A stretch of DNA of 47,421 bases from the NCBI GenBank assembly GCA_010031885.1, contig RGYU01000003.1:1-47421 (forward strand). Direction: 5' to 3'. The translations under genes were made by a program, and so were the position numbers. This DNA is from Chlamydiota bacterium. GTDB lineage: Bacteria; Chlamydiota; Chlamydiia; Chlamydiales; RGXB01. Below, piece after piece: positions 8,069 to 17,920 of the stretch; the stretch's first letter is position 1; each line of letters begins with the position of its first letter. The notes beneath the pieces were generated by a model, which saw only the letters and a list, made by a program, of their open reading frames with translations, was not told the DNA's origin and made no database searches.

Positions 8069-10227
8069 GCGCCTTTAGGCCCCATTTTCCATGAGATTTC
8101 CTGAAATAAAAGGTTTACAGATTCTACCTGTACTATGAATTGATATCCAATTTCAAATGTAAGTTGGGACCTCTTACCGGTAATTTTTTCCTTTTTTGGA
8201 TGAAATTCAAAGTAGTCTTCACCCAATTTTGAAATGTGTAAAAAGCCCTCCAATCCAAAATCTTTGACCTCAAAAACAATCCCAAAAGGCTTTACGCGTG
8301 TGATCGTAGCTTTGTAAGTTCGTTGAGGCTCTTTATCAAATTTTCGGCTTATATAGCGCATTTTTTTGAGGGTGAGATAGCTCATTTCTGCACGCGCGCT
8401 GTGGCGTTCTTTTTCAGAGGAGTTTTGTGCAATTTCATCCAGCTCCTCTTGAGAGTAGCTTTCATTAAAAATCAGCCGGTGGATGATGATATCTACATAC
8501 CGGCGGATGGGGCTTGTAAAGTGGGTATAGTTTTCCAGCATTAACCCATGGTGCCCAATCGCGTCTGTAGAGTAGGTTGCCAAACGCATGCTGCGGATGT
8601 AGCGAGATGAAAGCTCTGAAATAAAGGCCGATTCTCGGTGCGCTTCAAAAACTTTAGCGAGCTCTTTACTGCCGAATTGTTCCGGAACCAAAACACCAAG
8701 TTTTACGCAGAAATTTTTAAACTCCATCATAGTCTCAGGGGATGGGGGCTCGTGGACACGGTAGATTAGTGCGACCTCTTTATTTTTGAGCTCTGTTGCG
8801 ATCACCTCATTCGCTTTGAGCATGAACTCCTCGACCAATTGGTGGGTTATGTCATAATGGCTTATCTCAAAACCAGAGGGGATTCCATCATCTCCTAATC
8901 GCCACACCAATTCACTTAAGGAAAGATCAACAGATCCCCGTTCATGTTTAATCGCCTTTAAATGCAAAGCAAGTTCTCTCATGAGCTGGAGCTGATCGTG
9001 CAGGAAAGTTTTGTCTTTGCTGTGCATGATCTCAAAAGCATCCTCATAGGACAGGCGGTGGTTGCTGTTAATGATACTTCGGTAAATCTTGTGGCTTGTA
9101 AGATTCCCTTTTTTATCCATGTGCATTTCAACCGTTACGGCTAGTCGCGCCACCCCCTCTTTTAGGCTACAAAGATTATCGGCAAGGACATGGGGTAGCA
9201 TAGGGATACAGGTGCCGACAAGGTAGGTGGAATTTTTGCGCAAGATCGCCTCTTGATCAAGATGGGATCCCTTTTTTACGTAGTAGGATGCATCGGCGAC
9301 GTGTACATAGAGCTTGTAGCCTTTCGTCGTACGCTCGATAGAAAGGGCATCATCAAAATCTTTAGCTGTCTTTGGGTCAATTGTAACCGTGAAAAGATTG
9401 GTATGGTCTACACGATCTTTATGTTGAGATAAAATAATTTCAGAGCCAAAGGCATTTGCCTCATCGATAGCCGCTTGGGGGAATTGTTTAGGTAGAACGT
9501 ACTCTTCTTTTACCGCCTCTAAATCACTCAAGGGATCAAAAATGGATCCGATCTTTTTTTCAAAAATAAGATGGAGTTGATTTCTTAATGAGTGAACCTC
9601 TAATAGAATGCGGTCTCCAATTTCCACAGGACTTGTTGGCATCGGTACGCAAAAGAGCTGACTTTCCCCTTGCAAAGAGACGCGGACCCTTAAAGAGCCA
9701 GGTTTGATCTCTACGATAGTTCCAATAACAGATGCTTTGCTTCTTTTGACTACGTTTGTTACCCGTCCTTCAGGCCCTTTTTTATTACGCCCCTCCAAGG
9801 AAAGGACCTCCACCTCAACAGTGTCTTGGTCCATTGCATTCAAAATAAGGTGTTTTGGAATGAACACATCATACTCTTTTAAGGATACAAAACCAAATCC
9901 GCTTGGATGGATTGAGATTTTCCCAACACTCCCTTTTGGCTCTTGAGCCGTTTTCCGGTTGCGGTTGATATGGTAAACATTACGATTTTTATGCAAGAAA
10001 CCTTCGCGCGTCAATTCCTCTACAAAAAGGAAAAGAACGGCCTTGAGTTTATTGGGGAGGCGAAATGTTTTATTCAGGTCTTGAATATCAAATTCATCTC
10101 GACCCTTTTTATCCAAAAAAACTTCTATTAATTCGAGGCATTGCTGCATCTCTTCTTTTAAATGGGGCGCTTTCAGGGCGAAGTTTTTTTCCAGCTCGGG
10201 GAGATTGTCTACAAATTTTTTTGTCAC
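8065..10227 (-). CDS. rnr: Ribonuclease R (RNB domain)
   Basis: HPSGFGFV cold-shock domain, TIDPKTAKDFDDALS, YTHFTSPIRRYVD, C-terminal S1 domain. Confidence 0.95.
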   Translation of the reverse strand: MTKKFVDNLPELEKNFALKAPHLKEEMQQCLELIEVFLDKKGRDEFDIQDLNKTFRLPNKLKAVLFLFVEELTREGFLHKNRNVYHINRNRKTAQEPKGSVGKISIHPSGFGFVSLKEYDVFIPKHLILNAMDQDTVEVEVLSLEGRNKKGPEGRVTNVVKRSKASVIGTIVEIKPGSLRVRVSLQGESQLFCVPMPTSPVEIGDRILLEVHSLRNQLHLIFEKKIGSIFDPLSDLEAVKEEYVLPKQFPQAAIDEANAFGSEIILSQHKDRVDHTNLFTVTIDPKTAKDFDDALSIERTTKGYKLYVHVADASYYVKKGSHLDQEAILRKNSTYLVGTCIPMLPHVLADNLCSLKEGVARLAVTVEMHMDKKGNLTSHKIYRSIINSNHRLSYEDAFEIMHSKDKTFLHDQLQLMRELALHLKAIKHERGSVDLSLSELVWRLGDDGIPSGFEISHYDITHQLVEEFMLKANEVIATELKNKEVALIYRVHEPPSPETMMEFKNFCVKLGVLVPEQFGSKELAKVFEAHRESAFISELSSRYIRSMRLATYSTDAIGHHGLMLENYTHFTSPIRRYVDIIIHRLIFNESYSQEELDEIAQNSSEKERHSARAEMSYLTLKKMRYISRKFDKEPQRTYKATITRVKPFGIVFEVKDFGLEGFLHISKLGEDYFEFHPKKEKITGKRSQLTFEIGYQFIVQVESVNLLFQEISWKMGPKGA

Positions 10228-10244
10228 AAGATCTATGCTTTCTT

Positions 10245-11090
10245 CTAATGGTTGGCTTTTCTTTGTTTATGAGCTTTTGTGGTATTTTGTAGCAATGCAT
10301 AAACGGTCATCGGCCCAACCCCACCCGGAACGGGCGTGATTGCTTGCGCTTTAGGACGCACATCTTCAAAATCGACATCACCGACGAGCTTATCATTTTG
10401 GCGGGTAATCCCGACATCGATGACAATAGCTCCCTCTTTGATGTGTTCTTTTTTGATCAGCTGTGGTTGTCCTATTGCAGAAATCAAAATATCGGCTTTT
10501 TTCGTGTGTTGGATAAAATTAGTTGTGCCTTGGTGACAGAGTGTCACTGTGGCATCAAGGGTATTTTTAAGTGAAAGAAGAATGGAAAGAGGGCGTCCCA
10601 CGATGGTGCTTCTACCAAGAATACACACCTCTTTTCGTTGAATGTCTAATTGATAAAATCTCAAAAGCTCCAAAATACCCTGAGGAGTGCAGGGTATAAG
10701 TCCATCGATTGAGCCCAGACAAAGCTTGCCTAAATTGATGGGATGAAAACAGTCGACATCTTTTTCGGGGTCGATTGCAACGGTCACACGTTTCAAATCA
10801 ATGTGATTTGGTAAAGGCAATTGTATCAAGATACCATCGACATCCGGCTCTTGATTCAAAAGATCGATTCTGTTGAGTAGCTGGGTTTCCGCGGTATCTT
10901 GAGGTAGGTGCAACAAGGTCGAGCGAATCTGGTATTCTTTGCACATCCGTTGCTTGATTGCAATGTAGGATAGAGAAGAGGGGTGATTGCCAACCAAAAT
11001 CAAAACAATGTGAGGGGGGGATTGTAAGTTTACCTCTAGCTTTGAGCAAAGAGATCGGCTTGCCAGCCGCCCATCAAGAAGTATAGTCAT
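10245..11090 (-). CDS. folD: Methylenetetrahydrofolate dehydrogenase/cyclohydrolase
   Basis: GILIQLPLP, KDVDCFHP, PCTPQG, GRSTIVGRP, TPVPGGVGPMT. Confidence 0.96.
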   Translation of the reverse strand: MTILLDGRLASRSLCSKLEVNLQSPPHIVLILVGNHPSSLSYIAIKQRMCKEYQIRSTLLHLPQDTAETQLLNRIDLLNQEPDVDGILIQLPLPNHIDLKRVTVAIDPEKDVDCFHPINLGKLCLGSIDGLIPCTPQGILELLRFYQLDIQRKEVCILGRSTIVGRPLSILLSLKNTLDATVTLCHQGTTNFIQHTKKADILISAIGQPQLIKKEHIKEGAIVIDVGITRQNDKLVGDVDFEDVRPKAQAITPVPGGVGPMTVYALLQNTTKAHKQRKANH

Positions 11091-11770
11091 TTAGTCCCTT
11101 CAAAATGTTTGGTTTTTAACATTTTATTCGAGGCAAAAAATGATTGAGGCTGGAAATAAACGAGCGGAGTATTTTCAAGGGTGCAAGCTAAACCACCCGC
11201 CTCCTGGACAAGGAGCGCTCCTGCAGCAAAATCCCATGGAAACAACTCATGTGCTTTGTAGTAGGAAAGTCTTCCGCAAGAAACCCAGGCAAGTGATAGA
11301 GCCGAAGTTCCAAAATGGCGACTAAAATCTTGCGACTCCTCAGAAACTTTAATTTTTTTTCCATTTAGGGTAGAACCCTGCCCTTTTTCAGCCATATAAA
11401 GCTCATCAAATACAGGCGCATAAATGACCCCTATTTTTGGCTCATTGTGTTCCACATACGCTATGGATATGCAGTAAAGAGGTAAGTTATGAGAGAAGTT
11501 TTGAGTTCCATCTAAAGGATCAATCACCCAAAAATTTTTAGTATTTTGATTATAGGGCCCACCCTCTTCTCCAATGATCCCGTCATCAGGGTAGTGTTTT
11601 TGGATTGCTTTAACAATCATGTGTTCACATTCGCGGTCAACACTTGTAACCGGATCGCTCTTGAGTGTGTCTTTAAACTCGATGAGAAAGGATTCTTTTG
11701 ATTTTTTGAGGGCAAACTTACCAACCTCTAATGCCAGCTGCTTGGCAAGTTCTGCTCTAGTCGGCTTCAT
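11087..11770 (-). CDS. Inositol monophosphatase family protein (SuhB-like)
   Basis: GEE, WVIDPLDGTQNF and PWDFAAGALLVQEAGG signatures. Confidence 0.9.
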   Translation of the reverse strand: MKPTRAELAKQLALEVGKFALKKSKESFLIEFKDTLKSDPVTSVDRECEHMIVKAIQKHYPDDGIIGEEGGPYNQNTKNFWVIDPLDGTQNFSHNLPLYCISIAYVEHNEPKIGVIYAPVFDELYMAEKGQGSTLNGKKIKVSEESQDFSRHFGTSALSLAWVSCGRLSYYKAHELFPWDFAAGALLVQEAGGLACTLENTPLVYFQPQSFFASNKMLKTKHFEGTK

Positions 11771-12158
11771 TTTCCACCTCTTTTTTGGGGCTTAATGACC
11801 ATTTACCTAAAAAGACAATAAGAAGAAATACCCCAGTATCAAAAACAGGACCGATTAAAAGATCTTCCAACAAGTGACCAAACGTTCTTACGGCCAAACA
11901 CTCTAGAAGCGAAAAAATAAAAAAGAATACAAAGAGAGAGGGCAATATCCACAATGAGGTAAGAGGGGGGATATGGGGTTTAATGATGCTCCACAAAAGG
12001 CTCATGATTGCAAAAAAAAGGGTGTGGACACCCAGCGGTAAAGTTAAAACAAACAAATCATAAATGAAGCCGACAATCACATTGATCCAAAAAGCCTTAT
12101 ACTTTGGAAAAAGGTTGGCAACCGAAAGGACAACAAAGAGGGGAATGTTGATTACCAT
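11757..12158 (-). CDS. Small polytopic membrane protein, MreD-like
   Basis: About 4 TM helices; GFIYDLFVLTLPLGVHTL resembles the MreD G..xD......LG motif. Confidence 0.55.
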   Translation of the reverse strand: MVINIPLFVVLSVANLFPKYKAFWINVIVGFIYDLFVLTLPLGVHTLFFAIMSLLWSIIKPHIPPLTSLWILPSLFVFFFIFSLLECLAVRTFGHLLEDLLIGPVFDTGVFLLIVFLGKWSLSPKKEVENEAD

Positions 12159-12781
12159 GAGGTGAGACGGTGGTTTATCAGTTCGTATTTTTCGTCCATT
12201 AGAGAGGCAAATTGCCGATCATGGGTAACCAAAACAACAGCCTGAGGTAACGATAAAAGCAGTTGGATCATTACCTCAGCTTGTGCCTGGTCAAGCTGGC
12301 CCGTTGGTTCGTCAGCTAAGATCAGATCGGGGTGATTGACCAAGGCTCGGCAAAAAGCCACCCGTTGCTTTTGCCCACCACTTAAGTGCTTAGCCATAGA
12401 GTCGATCTTATCTTCAAGGTTTACTGATTTTAAAAAATCTAGGGCCTCATGCCTTAAAAGTTTTTTTCCCTGGATTAAACGGGGAATCTCCAGGTTTTCA
12501 AATACAGTCAATTCAGGATTAAGATGATGAAATTGGAATACAAATCCTATCGATTCGTTCCTTATAAGGTGTGATTTATCCCCTACTGGAGAACCGTAAA
12601 TCAGAATTTCTCCTGAATCGGCCGTCTCTATTAAGCCAAGAATATTTAAAAGGGTTGTTTTGCCACTGCCAGATCTACCGGTGATGGCAATCTTCTTGCC
12701 TTTTGGGATATCGATATTTACTTCACTAAAAAGCTCGCGATCCTCAAAGCTTTTTTTTAGGTTCTTTGCGGTTATAATCAC
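12152..12781 (-). CDS. lolD: Lipoprotein-releasing ABC transporter ATP-binding subunit
   Basis: GRSGSGKT, IGFVFQFHHL, LSGGQKQR, LADEPTG; adjacent to a LolC/E permease. Confidence 0.85.
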   Translation of the reverse strand: MIITAKNLKKSFEDRELFSEVNIDIPKGKKIAITGRSGSGKTTLLNILGLIETADSGEILIYGSPVGDKSHLIRNESIGFVFQFHHLNPELTVFENLEIPRLIQGKKLLRHEALDFLKSVNLEDKIDSMAKHLSGGQKQRVAFCRALVNHPDLILADEPTGQLDQAQAEVMIQLLLSLPQAVVLVTHDRQFASLMDEKYELINHRLTSW

Positions 12782-14217
12782 ATTAACCTCAGTAATTCGC
12801 TGGGTTTGTAATGAGAGGCTTTTAATGCGGGAATGAAGCCTGCGACAAGAGCTATCAAGGGCGTCCCTATTAACACGACCGCCATAGCACCAGGACTTAA
12901 GTGAGTGGGAATAGACTGGGAAAATAGGTTTTCATACCCTTTAAATAGGTAAATATTTTGAAGAATTAAAGGGAGATTTTTCATCGTAATAAATCCAAGA
13001 CCCAACCCTAAAAAAGATCCGAGGGAGCCTAAAAAAAGACCCAAACCAGAGTAGATGCGAACAAGCGCCTGTTTGCTCGCGCCAAGGGCGGTAAAAAGGG
13101 CAATCTCTTTGCGGGATTGGTAGACGATAAGCAACAAAACCGACACAATATTACTAGCGGCGACTATTAAAACGAGAAGGGCTACGAAGCTGTATAAAAC
13201 CCGATCGCTTTGGAATGAGACAAGTATATCTTTTACAAAACCATACTCGTAGTAGGGAATTACATCGAAATAAAGGTCAATTTTTTCGCGCTCGAGCTCC
13301 TTTTTAATAAATTCGTAAACTGAAGAAACATCGTTTGACGGGGTTGTTTGAATCCTGAATCCCCCTTTAAGTATTGGATCAGTCGACTCCAATTGACCTT
13401 CAGAGGAGATCCTCGCTACGAAATCATATGGGGCAAAAATGCACTTTGGACCAATCTGCAGTGTTCCCGCCTCGTAGAAGCCGACAACCTCAAACGGATT
13501 ATTCTCCTCCATACTTCCTGTGGAAAGGCCGTTATAAATAGTGAACTGCCCTATATCGTTGAGTTTAGCACCATTTTCCATGAAACTTTTTGGGAGAAAC
13601 ACAGGGGTAAAACCAGTCTTTTGTGGTGCAGCTTCAGGAAGCAGGGGGGCGTTTTTATCATCAAAGGACATGATATACGAGGCTTGTGATATAAGGTGAA
13701 AGCCCATGGTTTTTTCAGAAAAAACTTTGAGCCTCATCATAGCACCGGTGATCTCGTATTCTTGAGCGGTTATAATCAGGTTTTTTTCCCTAGCCTTATG
13801 GAAAATTGAATGGAGTGTGCTCAACAAATCTATCGGCCGGCCACTAATATCTAGGTGTGGCAAAGGAAAATCTAAGGGCAGCTCTTCGTCTACAGAAGGA
13901 TCAAAGGTGGTTAGATAAGATGATTCTTTTTTTTCTTTAAGTGATTTTTGATGGTAGCCACTTGATAGACTGTATAGGTCAATCCTGTTGTAGTGGGATT
14001 CATAATAACTTTGAGTCGGGATGATCTTGATAGGACCATGGATGGAAGTTAATTTTTGAATCCAACCCTTCTCAATCCCGTCGGCTACAGACAGAAAAAC
14101 TAGCGAAAGCCAGGTGACAAGGGTAATGATGAGTAGAGAAATAAAGGACATAAGGGAAGAAGAGACTTCCCCTTTTCTCGGAACTATGTAGCGAAAAATC
14201 GTCTTTAATTCAAACAA
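12778..14217 (-). CDS. LolC/E-family (FtsX-like) ABC permease
   Basis: N-terminal TM, large periplasmic domain, three C-terminal TMs (KEIALFTALGAS, IPALKAS...PSELLR). Start moved to TTG 14217 (LFELKTIFRY) because the track start overlaps rpmG. Confidence 0.85.
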   Translation of the reverse strand: MFELKTIFRYIVPRKGEVSSSLMSFISLLIITLVTWLSLVFLSVADGIEKGWIQKLTSIHGPIKIIPTQSYYESHYNRIDLYSLSSGYHQKSLKEKKESSYLTTFDPSVDEELPLDFPLPHLDISGRPIDLLSTLHSIFHKAREKNLIITAQEYEITGAMMRLKVFSEKTMGFHLISQASYIMSFDDKNAPLLPEAAPQKTGFTPVFLPKSFMENGAKLNDIGQFTIYNGLSTGSMEENNPFEVVGFYEAGTLQIGPKCIFAPYDFVARISSEGQLESTDPILKGGFRIQTTPSNDVSSVYEFIKKELEREKIDLYFDVIPYYEYGFVKDILVSFQSDRVLYSFVALLVLIVAASNIVSVLLLIVYQSRKEIALFTALGASKQALVRIYSGLGLFLGSLGSFLGLGLGFITMKNLPLILQNIYLFKGYENLFSQSIPTHLSPGAMAVVLIGTPLIALVAGFIPALKASHYKPSELLRLM

Positions 14218-14236
14218 AGCAATTTTTTTAAAGAAA

Positions 14237-14401
14237 CTACTTCTTCTCTTTGTACATGACATGTTTTTTTACAATAGGGTCGAATTTCATCAACTCTACA
14301 CGTCCTGTGGTGTTATTTTTATTTTTTTGAGTGGAGTACATGTGGGAGGATTCGCTACTTCTTAATTGAATCGTATGACGGGCAGCTTTCTTTTTGGCCA
14401 T
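14237..14401 (-). CDS. rpmG: 50S ribosomal protein L33 (Cys-free type)
   Basis: Missed by the track. Manual translation gives 54 aa: [54 protein letters not shown]. rpmG-lolC/E-lolD is the chlamydial order. Confidence 0.93.
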   Translation of the reverse strand: MAKKKAARHTIQLRSSESSHMYSTQKNKNNTTGRVELMKFDPIVKKHVMYKEKK

Positions 14402-14434
14402 TTCTCAATACCTTATAGAATTCTTTGAGTCGAG

Positions 14435-14463
14435 ATTGTACCCGCTTTGGGAGTTATACACAA
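14435..14463 (-). promoter_or_regulatory. Putative sigma66 promoter for the rpmG operon
   Basis: TTGTGT-17 nt-TACAAT about 35 nt upstream of the rpmG ATG. Confidence 0.5.
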
Positions 14464-14663
14464 GTGAAAGGTAGGCAAGGCAAAAAGGGGGTAAAAAACG
14501 GCGATCATTCATGGATTTGAAGGCAATTTTTTTTAAAATTAAACGTTATATTTTGCAAAAATTTTATTTATATTCAAATAAAAAATGTATTGCCCAAAAT
14601 AGTTTTTCAAATATCTTGTATCTAGGTAAAGTCCTAATTATTCAAATATGGTGGGTATAGAAA

Positions 14664-15368
14664 ATGTACAAAAAATTTTTATGCGGAATGAGTCTTTTAT
14701 TATTATGCCTTGAGGCTTCCAAACAAACAAATCAAGAAATACTCGCCCAACAAGAAATTCTAAAATCATATCAATCTTATTCTTTATTAGATCCAAAAGA
14801 GTGTGATATTTGTGAGCACTTGAAGCACTTGAGACGGCTTGCAAAAGACTCGGAGACGGTTGTGGAGCTAGGGACTAGGGATATGGTTTCTACGCTTGGT
14901 TTGCTTTTGGGTCTTACTGAAAATGGCAAGGCGATTAAAAAATATTGTGGGGTCGATCTAAAATATCCTCCGCAGGGAACATTTAGAAAGGTTACCCGTT
15001 GGTGCAAATCTTTTGAGATAGATTTTGAATTTATTGTCGCGAATGATTTGGAAATTGAACCTATCAATTGTGACCTTTTATTTATAGATACTCTACACAC
15101 TTATCAACACTTAACGGTGGAGTTAGAAAAATTTTCTTCTAAGGTGAAAAAGTATATAGCGATGCATGATACCGATCTTCCCTGGGGCTGGGCGGATGAA
15201 CCTAATTACACAAATATTGAAAGTTGTTATCCCGATTGGATCAATCCATTAAAGAAGGGTTTGTATCCAGCAGTAGAGGATTTTTTAGCAAGGCATCCTG
15301 ATTGGGTAAAAGCGGAGCAATATACAAATTGTTATGGCTTTACCGTTTTAAAAAGGGTCGAGCTGTAG
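14664..15368 (+). CDS. Class I SAM-dependent methyltransferase (Methyltransf_24-like) with N-terminal hydrophobic leader
   Basis: VVELGTR motif I, GVD, CDLLFIDTLHTY and YIAMHDT motifs. Confidence 0.75.
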   Translation: MYKKFLCGMSLLLLCLEASKQTNQEILAQQEILKSYQSYSLLDPKECDICEHLKHLRRLAKDSETVVELGTRDMVSTLGLLLGLTENGKAIKKYCGVDLKYPPQGTFRKVTRWCKSFEIDFEFIVANDLEIEPINCDLLFIDTLHTYQHLTVELEKFSSKVKKYIAMHDTDLPWGWADEPNYTNIESCYPDWINPLKKGLYPAVEDFLARHPDWVKAEQYTNCYGFTVLKRVEL

Positions 15369-15405
15369 AGAATCGTGCCTTTTAGCTTCCAGGCCCATTC
15401 AGAAA

Positions 15406-16404
15406 TCAAACGACTTGGTTAGTGGTAAATGGGATACGTGATTTGGGCTCAATCTCTATTGGTGATGGGCCCAATTGGTTAAATTGGAGAATTCCTAGGG
15501 CAGCTATCATAGCTGCGTTATCGAGTGCAAGTTCTTTCGAGGGAAAATAAACTGGGCGACAAAAATCTTCAAAATAGGATCTTAGCGTCTTACTTGAGGC
15601 GACGCCACCGCCAATAAAAATCGCTTTTGCATCGTAAAAGTCTACCGCTTTTTGAGCTTTTTCTAAGACGTCCTGAAAAACAACATGTTGAAATGAGGCA
15701 AGGAGATCTTCATAACCTTTATTTTGGTTTTTTGAAGCGTACAAAACCTGGGTCTTAAGCCCGCTGAAAGAAAAGGAAAAGGGGCGATCTTTAACCTTGC
15801 AGGATTTTAAATGAACTTTAGAAGAGTCCCCCTTCATTGCCGTTTTTTCAACATGAGGCCCTCCAGGATAGGGCAATCCACAGATTTTTGCGCACTTATC
15901 AAAACACTCGCCCATCGCATCATCGATGGTAGATCCAACGGTCTCGATATCCATTAAAGAGTGCATAAGGTTGATCTGTGTGTGCCCACCTGATAAAACA
16001 ATCCCGATTGCAGGAAGCTGTTCAAAAGCATCCTTGTGATTAAGAATTGGAGCGATAAGATGTGCATGCACATGGTTGACGGCTACAAAAGGGACGTTCA
16101 GCAATAAGGACAAAGATTTTGCAAACGTAAGACCCACCTGGATAGATCCGATTAAACCCGGGCCATAAGCAACAGAAATCAGATTGATCTGGTCAAAAGA
16201 AATATTTGCTTTTTTTAAAGCCTCCAGAAAGCATGGGCCAATTTTTTCGAGATGTTCTCTAGCAGCCAGTTCGGGGAATACGCCCCCAAACGGGCTATGC
16301 AGGTCAACCTGGGAATAAATTACGTTTGAGAGGATCTCAAAGCGGTCATTGACAACCGAGATAGAGGTTTCGTCGCAGGTGCTTTCTATTCCCAAACAGA
16401 TCAT
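15406..16404 (-). CDS. tsaD: tRNA N6-adenosine threonylcarbamoyltransferase
   Basis: LGIESTCDET, GGVFPELAAREH, HVHAH, LSGGHT, DDAMGECFDK, FSFSGLKT, DNAAMIA. Confidence 0.96.
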   Translation of the reverse strand: MICLGIESTCDETSISVVNDRFEILSNVIYSQVDLHSPFGGVFPELAAREHLEKIGPCFLEALKKANISFDQINLISVAYGPGLIGSIQVGLTFAKSLSLLLNVPFVAVNHVHAHLIAPILNHKDAFEQLPAIGIVLSGGHTQINLMHSLMDIETVGSTIDDAMGECFDKCAKICGLPYPGGPHVEKTAMKGDSSKVHLKSCKVKDRPFSFSFSGLKTQVLYASKNQNKGYEDLLASFQHVVFQDVLEKAQKAVDFYDAKAIFIGGGVASSKTLRSYFEDFCRPVYFPSKELALDNAAMIAALGILQFNQLGPSPIEIEPKSRIPFTTNQVV

Positions 16405-16799
16405 TTCATATCCAAAAGTTCGATTTCAAAAACCAAATCTTCACCGGCCAAAAAGTGGTTGGCATCAAGCGTTACACTTTCATCATCCAAATCTTTGACT
16501 ACAACAGGTTGTCCCCGAATTTCTAAAACAACGCCTGGCTCTAGCTCCAAATCTTGCGGAAAAAGTTCCCTTTTGACTCTACCAATAAGGTCCGGATTTT
16601 TTTGTCCATATCCTTCATGCGCGGGTATATCAAAAGATTTTTTCTCACCTATAGCAAGGCTTAAGACCGCTTTTTCGAATCCTTCAATCACCTGATTTTT
16701 TCCGATTTCAAAGGTAAATGGATCTCTTTGAATCGAGGAATCAAACGTCTGGCCGTCCTTTTTTTTTCCTGTGTAGTGCACCGTTGCAATTTTAGACAT
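16401..16799 (-). CDS. FKBP-type peptidyl-prolyl isomerase, SlyD/SlpA-like, without a His-rich tail
   Basis: VHYTG, FDSS, VIEGFE, DANHFLAGEDLVFEIEL. Start moved to ATG 16799 (GGGAG upstream). Confidence 0.9.
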   Translation of the reverse strand: MSKIATVHYTGKKKDGQTFDSSIQRDPFTFEIGKNQVIEGFEKAVLSLAIGEKKSFDIPAHEGYGQKNPDLIGRVKRELFPQDLELEPGVVLEIRGQPVVVKDLDDESVTLDANHFLAGEDLVFEIELLDMK

Positions 16800-17733
16800 A
16801 TAACTCCCTGTTTTGATGGTATGTTTCTTGAATGGCACGAGATAGCCTCTCATGAATAGTGAGATAAAGCCCAGCAGATGGAAAATTTGTATCTACATAA
16901 GCCAGCTTGATACGATCATGATCTAAAAGCCTTAAAGTCTCAAACAAATGATGCGCAACTTGGGCTGGATGATGGATAGATCCAACTGAATAAAGAGGTT
17001 TATCAACAGGGTAATTTACATCGCAAAATCCCACAATAGCTTCAATTTCATCCGAAAGGACTGTCGTTAATTTGCAAGTTGGTGCGTAGTGGCGATACAT
17101 CTGTCCCGGACACTGAGGCGCCATGAAATCTTGTGTGTTTTCGACAATTTTAAAAAAATCATTTAAATTCTCTATAGGTGTTGCGCCGAGCCTGCCTATT
17201 AAAAAATATCCCTCTTTTTGGATCAAAATTGTCGATTCCAAACCGTGATCAGGTTCCATCCCTTCCACGACAGGCACCATTCCATTATAGTCAAAATCAA
17301 CATGCCATTTGCGCGTAGCAGAGGGGAAACCAGAGCGATTTGCTGAGGGGGCCGCAAGGGGCCCTACTGCTCGGATCAGCTCTAAAAAAACGGGGTGATT
17401 GGGGACCCGAACGGCAAGAGTAGGTAAATTTGCAGTAATTAAGGGATCAATCTCTTTTTTTAAAGGGGCGACTACAGTTAAAGGGCCAGGCCAAAATTTT
17501 TGCAAATTGGGGACAAAAGCGGGAGCAATATCTACATACTCAAGAGCCTGTTCGACAGATGCAAAATGGACGATTAGCGGATTTTTTGGAGGACGGCCTT
17601 TGATTTCAAATATTTTTTTTATTGCATCGGGATAAAAAATAGATGCAGCTAGCCCAAATACTGTTTCGGAAGGGACAGCAACAACATTTTTATCTTTGAG
17701 AAATTGGATAGCTTCTTGGACTGAAACGGTCAT
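16792..17733 (-). CDS. sua5: L-threonylcarbamoyladenylate synthase (Sua5/TsaC2)
   Basis: PSETVFGLAA, KGRPPKNPLIVH, WPGPLT, AAPSANRSG, PGQMYRHYAP plus SUA5 domain. Confidence 0.94.
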   Translation of the reverse strand: MTVSVQEAIQFLKDKNVVAVPSETVFGLAASIFYPDAIKKIFEIKGRPPKNPLIVHFASVEQALEYVDIAPAFVPNLQKFWPGPLTVVAPLKKEIDPLITANLPTLAVRVPNHPVFLELIRAVGPLAAPSANRSGFPSATRKWHVDFDYNGMVPVVEGMEPDHGLESTILIQKEGYFLIGRLGATPIENLNDFFKIVENTQDFMAPQCPGQMYRHYAPTCKLTTVLSDEIEAIVGFCDVNYPVDKPLYSVGSIHHPAQVAHHLFETLRLLDHDRIKLAYVDTNFPSAGLYLTIHERLSRAIQETYHQNRELYV

Positions 17734-17920
17734 ATTGGCTGAAATAATACCATAAAATGAAAAAAGGATTAAGGGATTTATCTTAAATTTTTTTATTTAT
17801 TCATCCGGAGGACTTTGAAATCTGACGCCGGTTTTTAAAAAAAATGTAAGGATAAAAGTCTAGATTGCATTTGGATGAACCGCTGATGTAACCTAACCTT
17901 TTGTAAGAGTGGAGGTAGCG

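Noticed and set aside
14454-14462. Perfect DnaA box TTATACACA overlapping the putative rpmG -35, and a near-box TTATCCACG at the yidC start (32687-32695)
   Set aside because: Isolated 9-mers. A few matches to TTWTNCACA are expected by chance in 47 kb, and no box cluster indicating oriC was seen.
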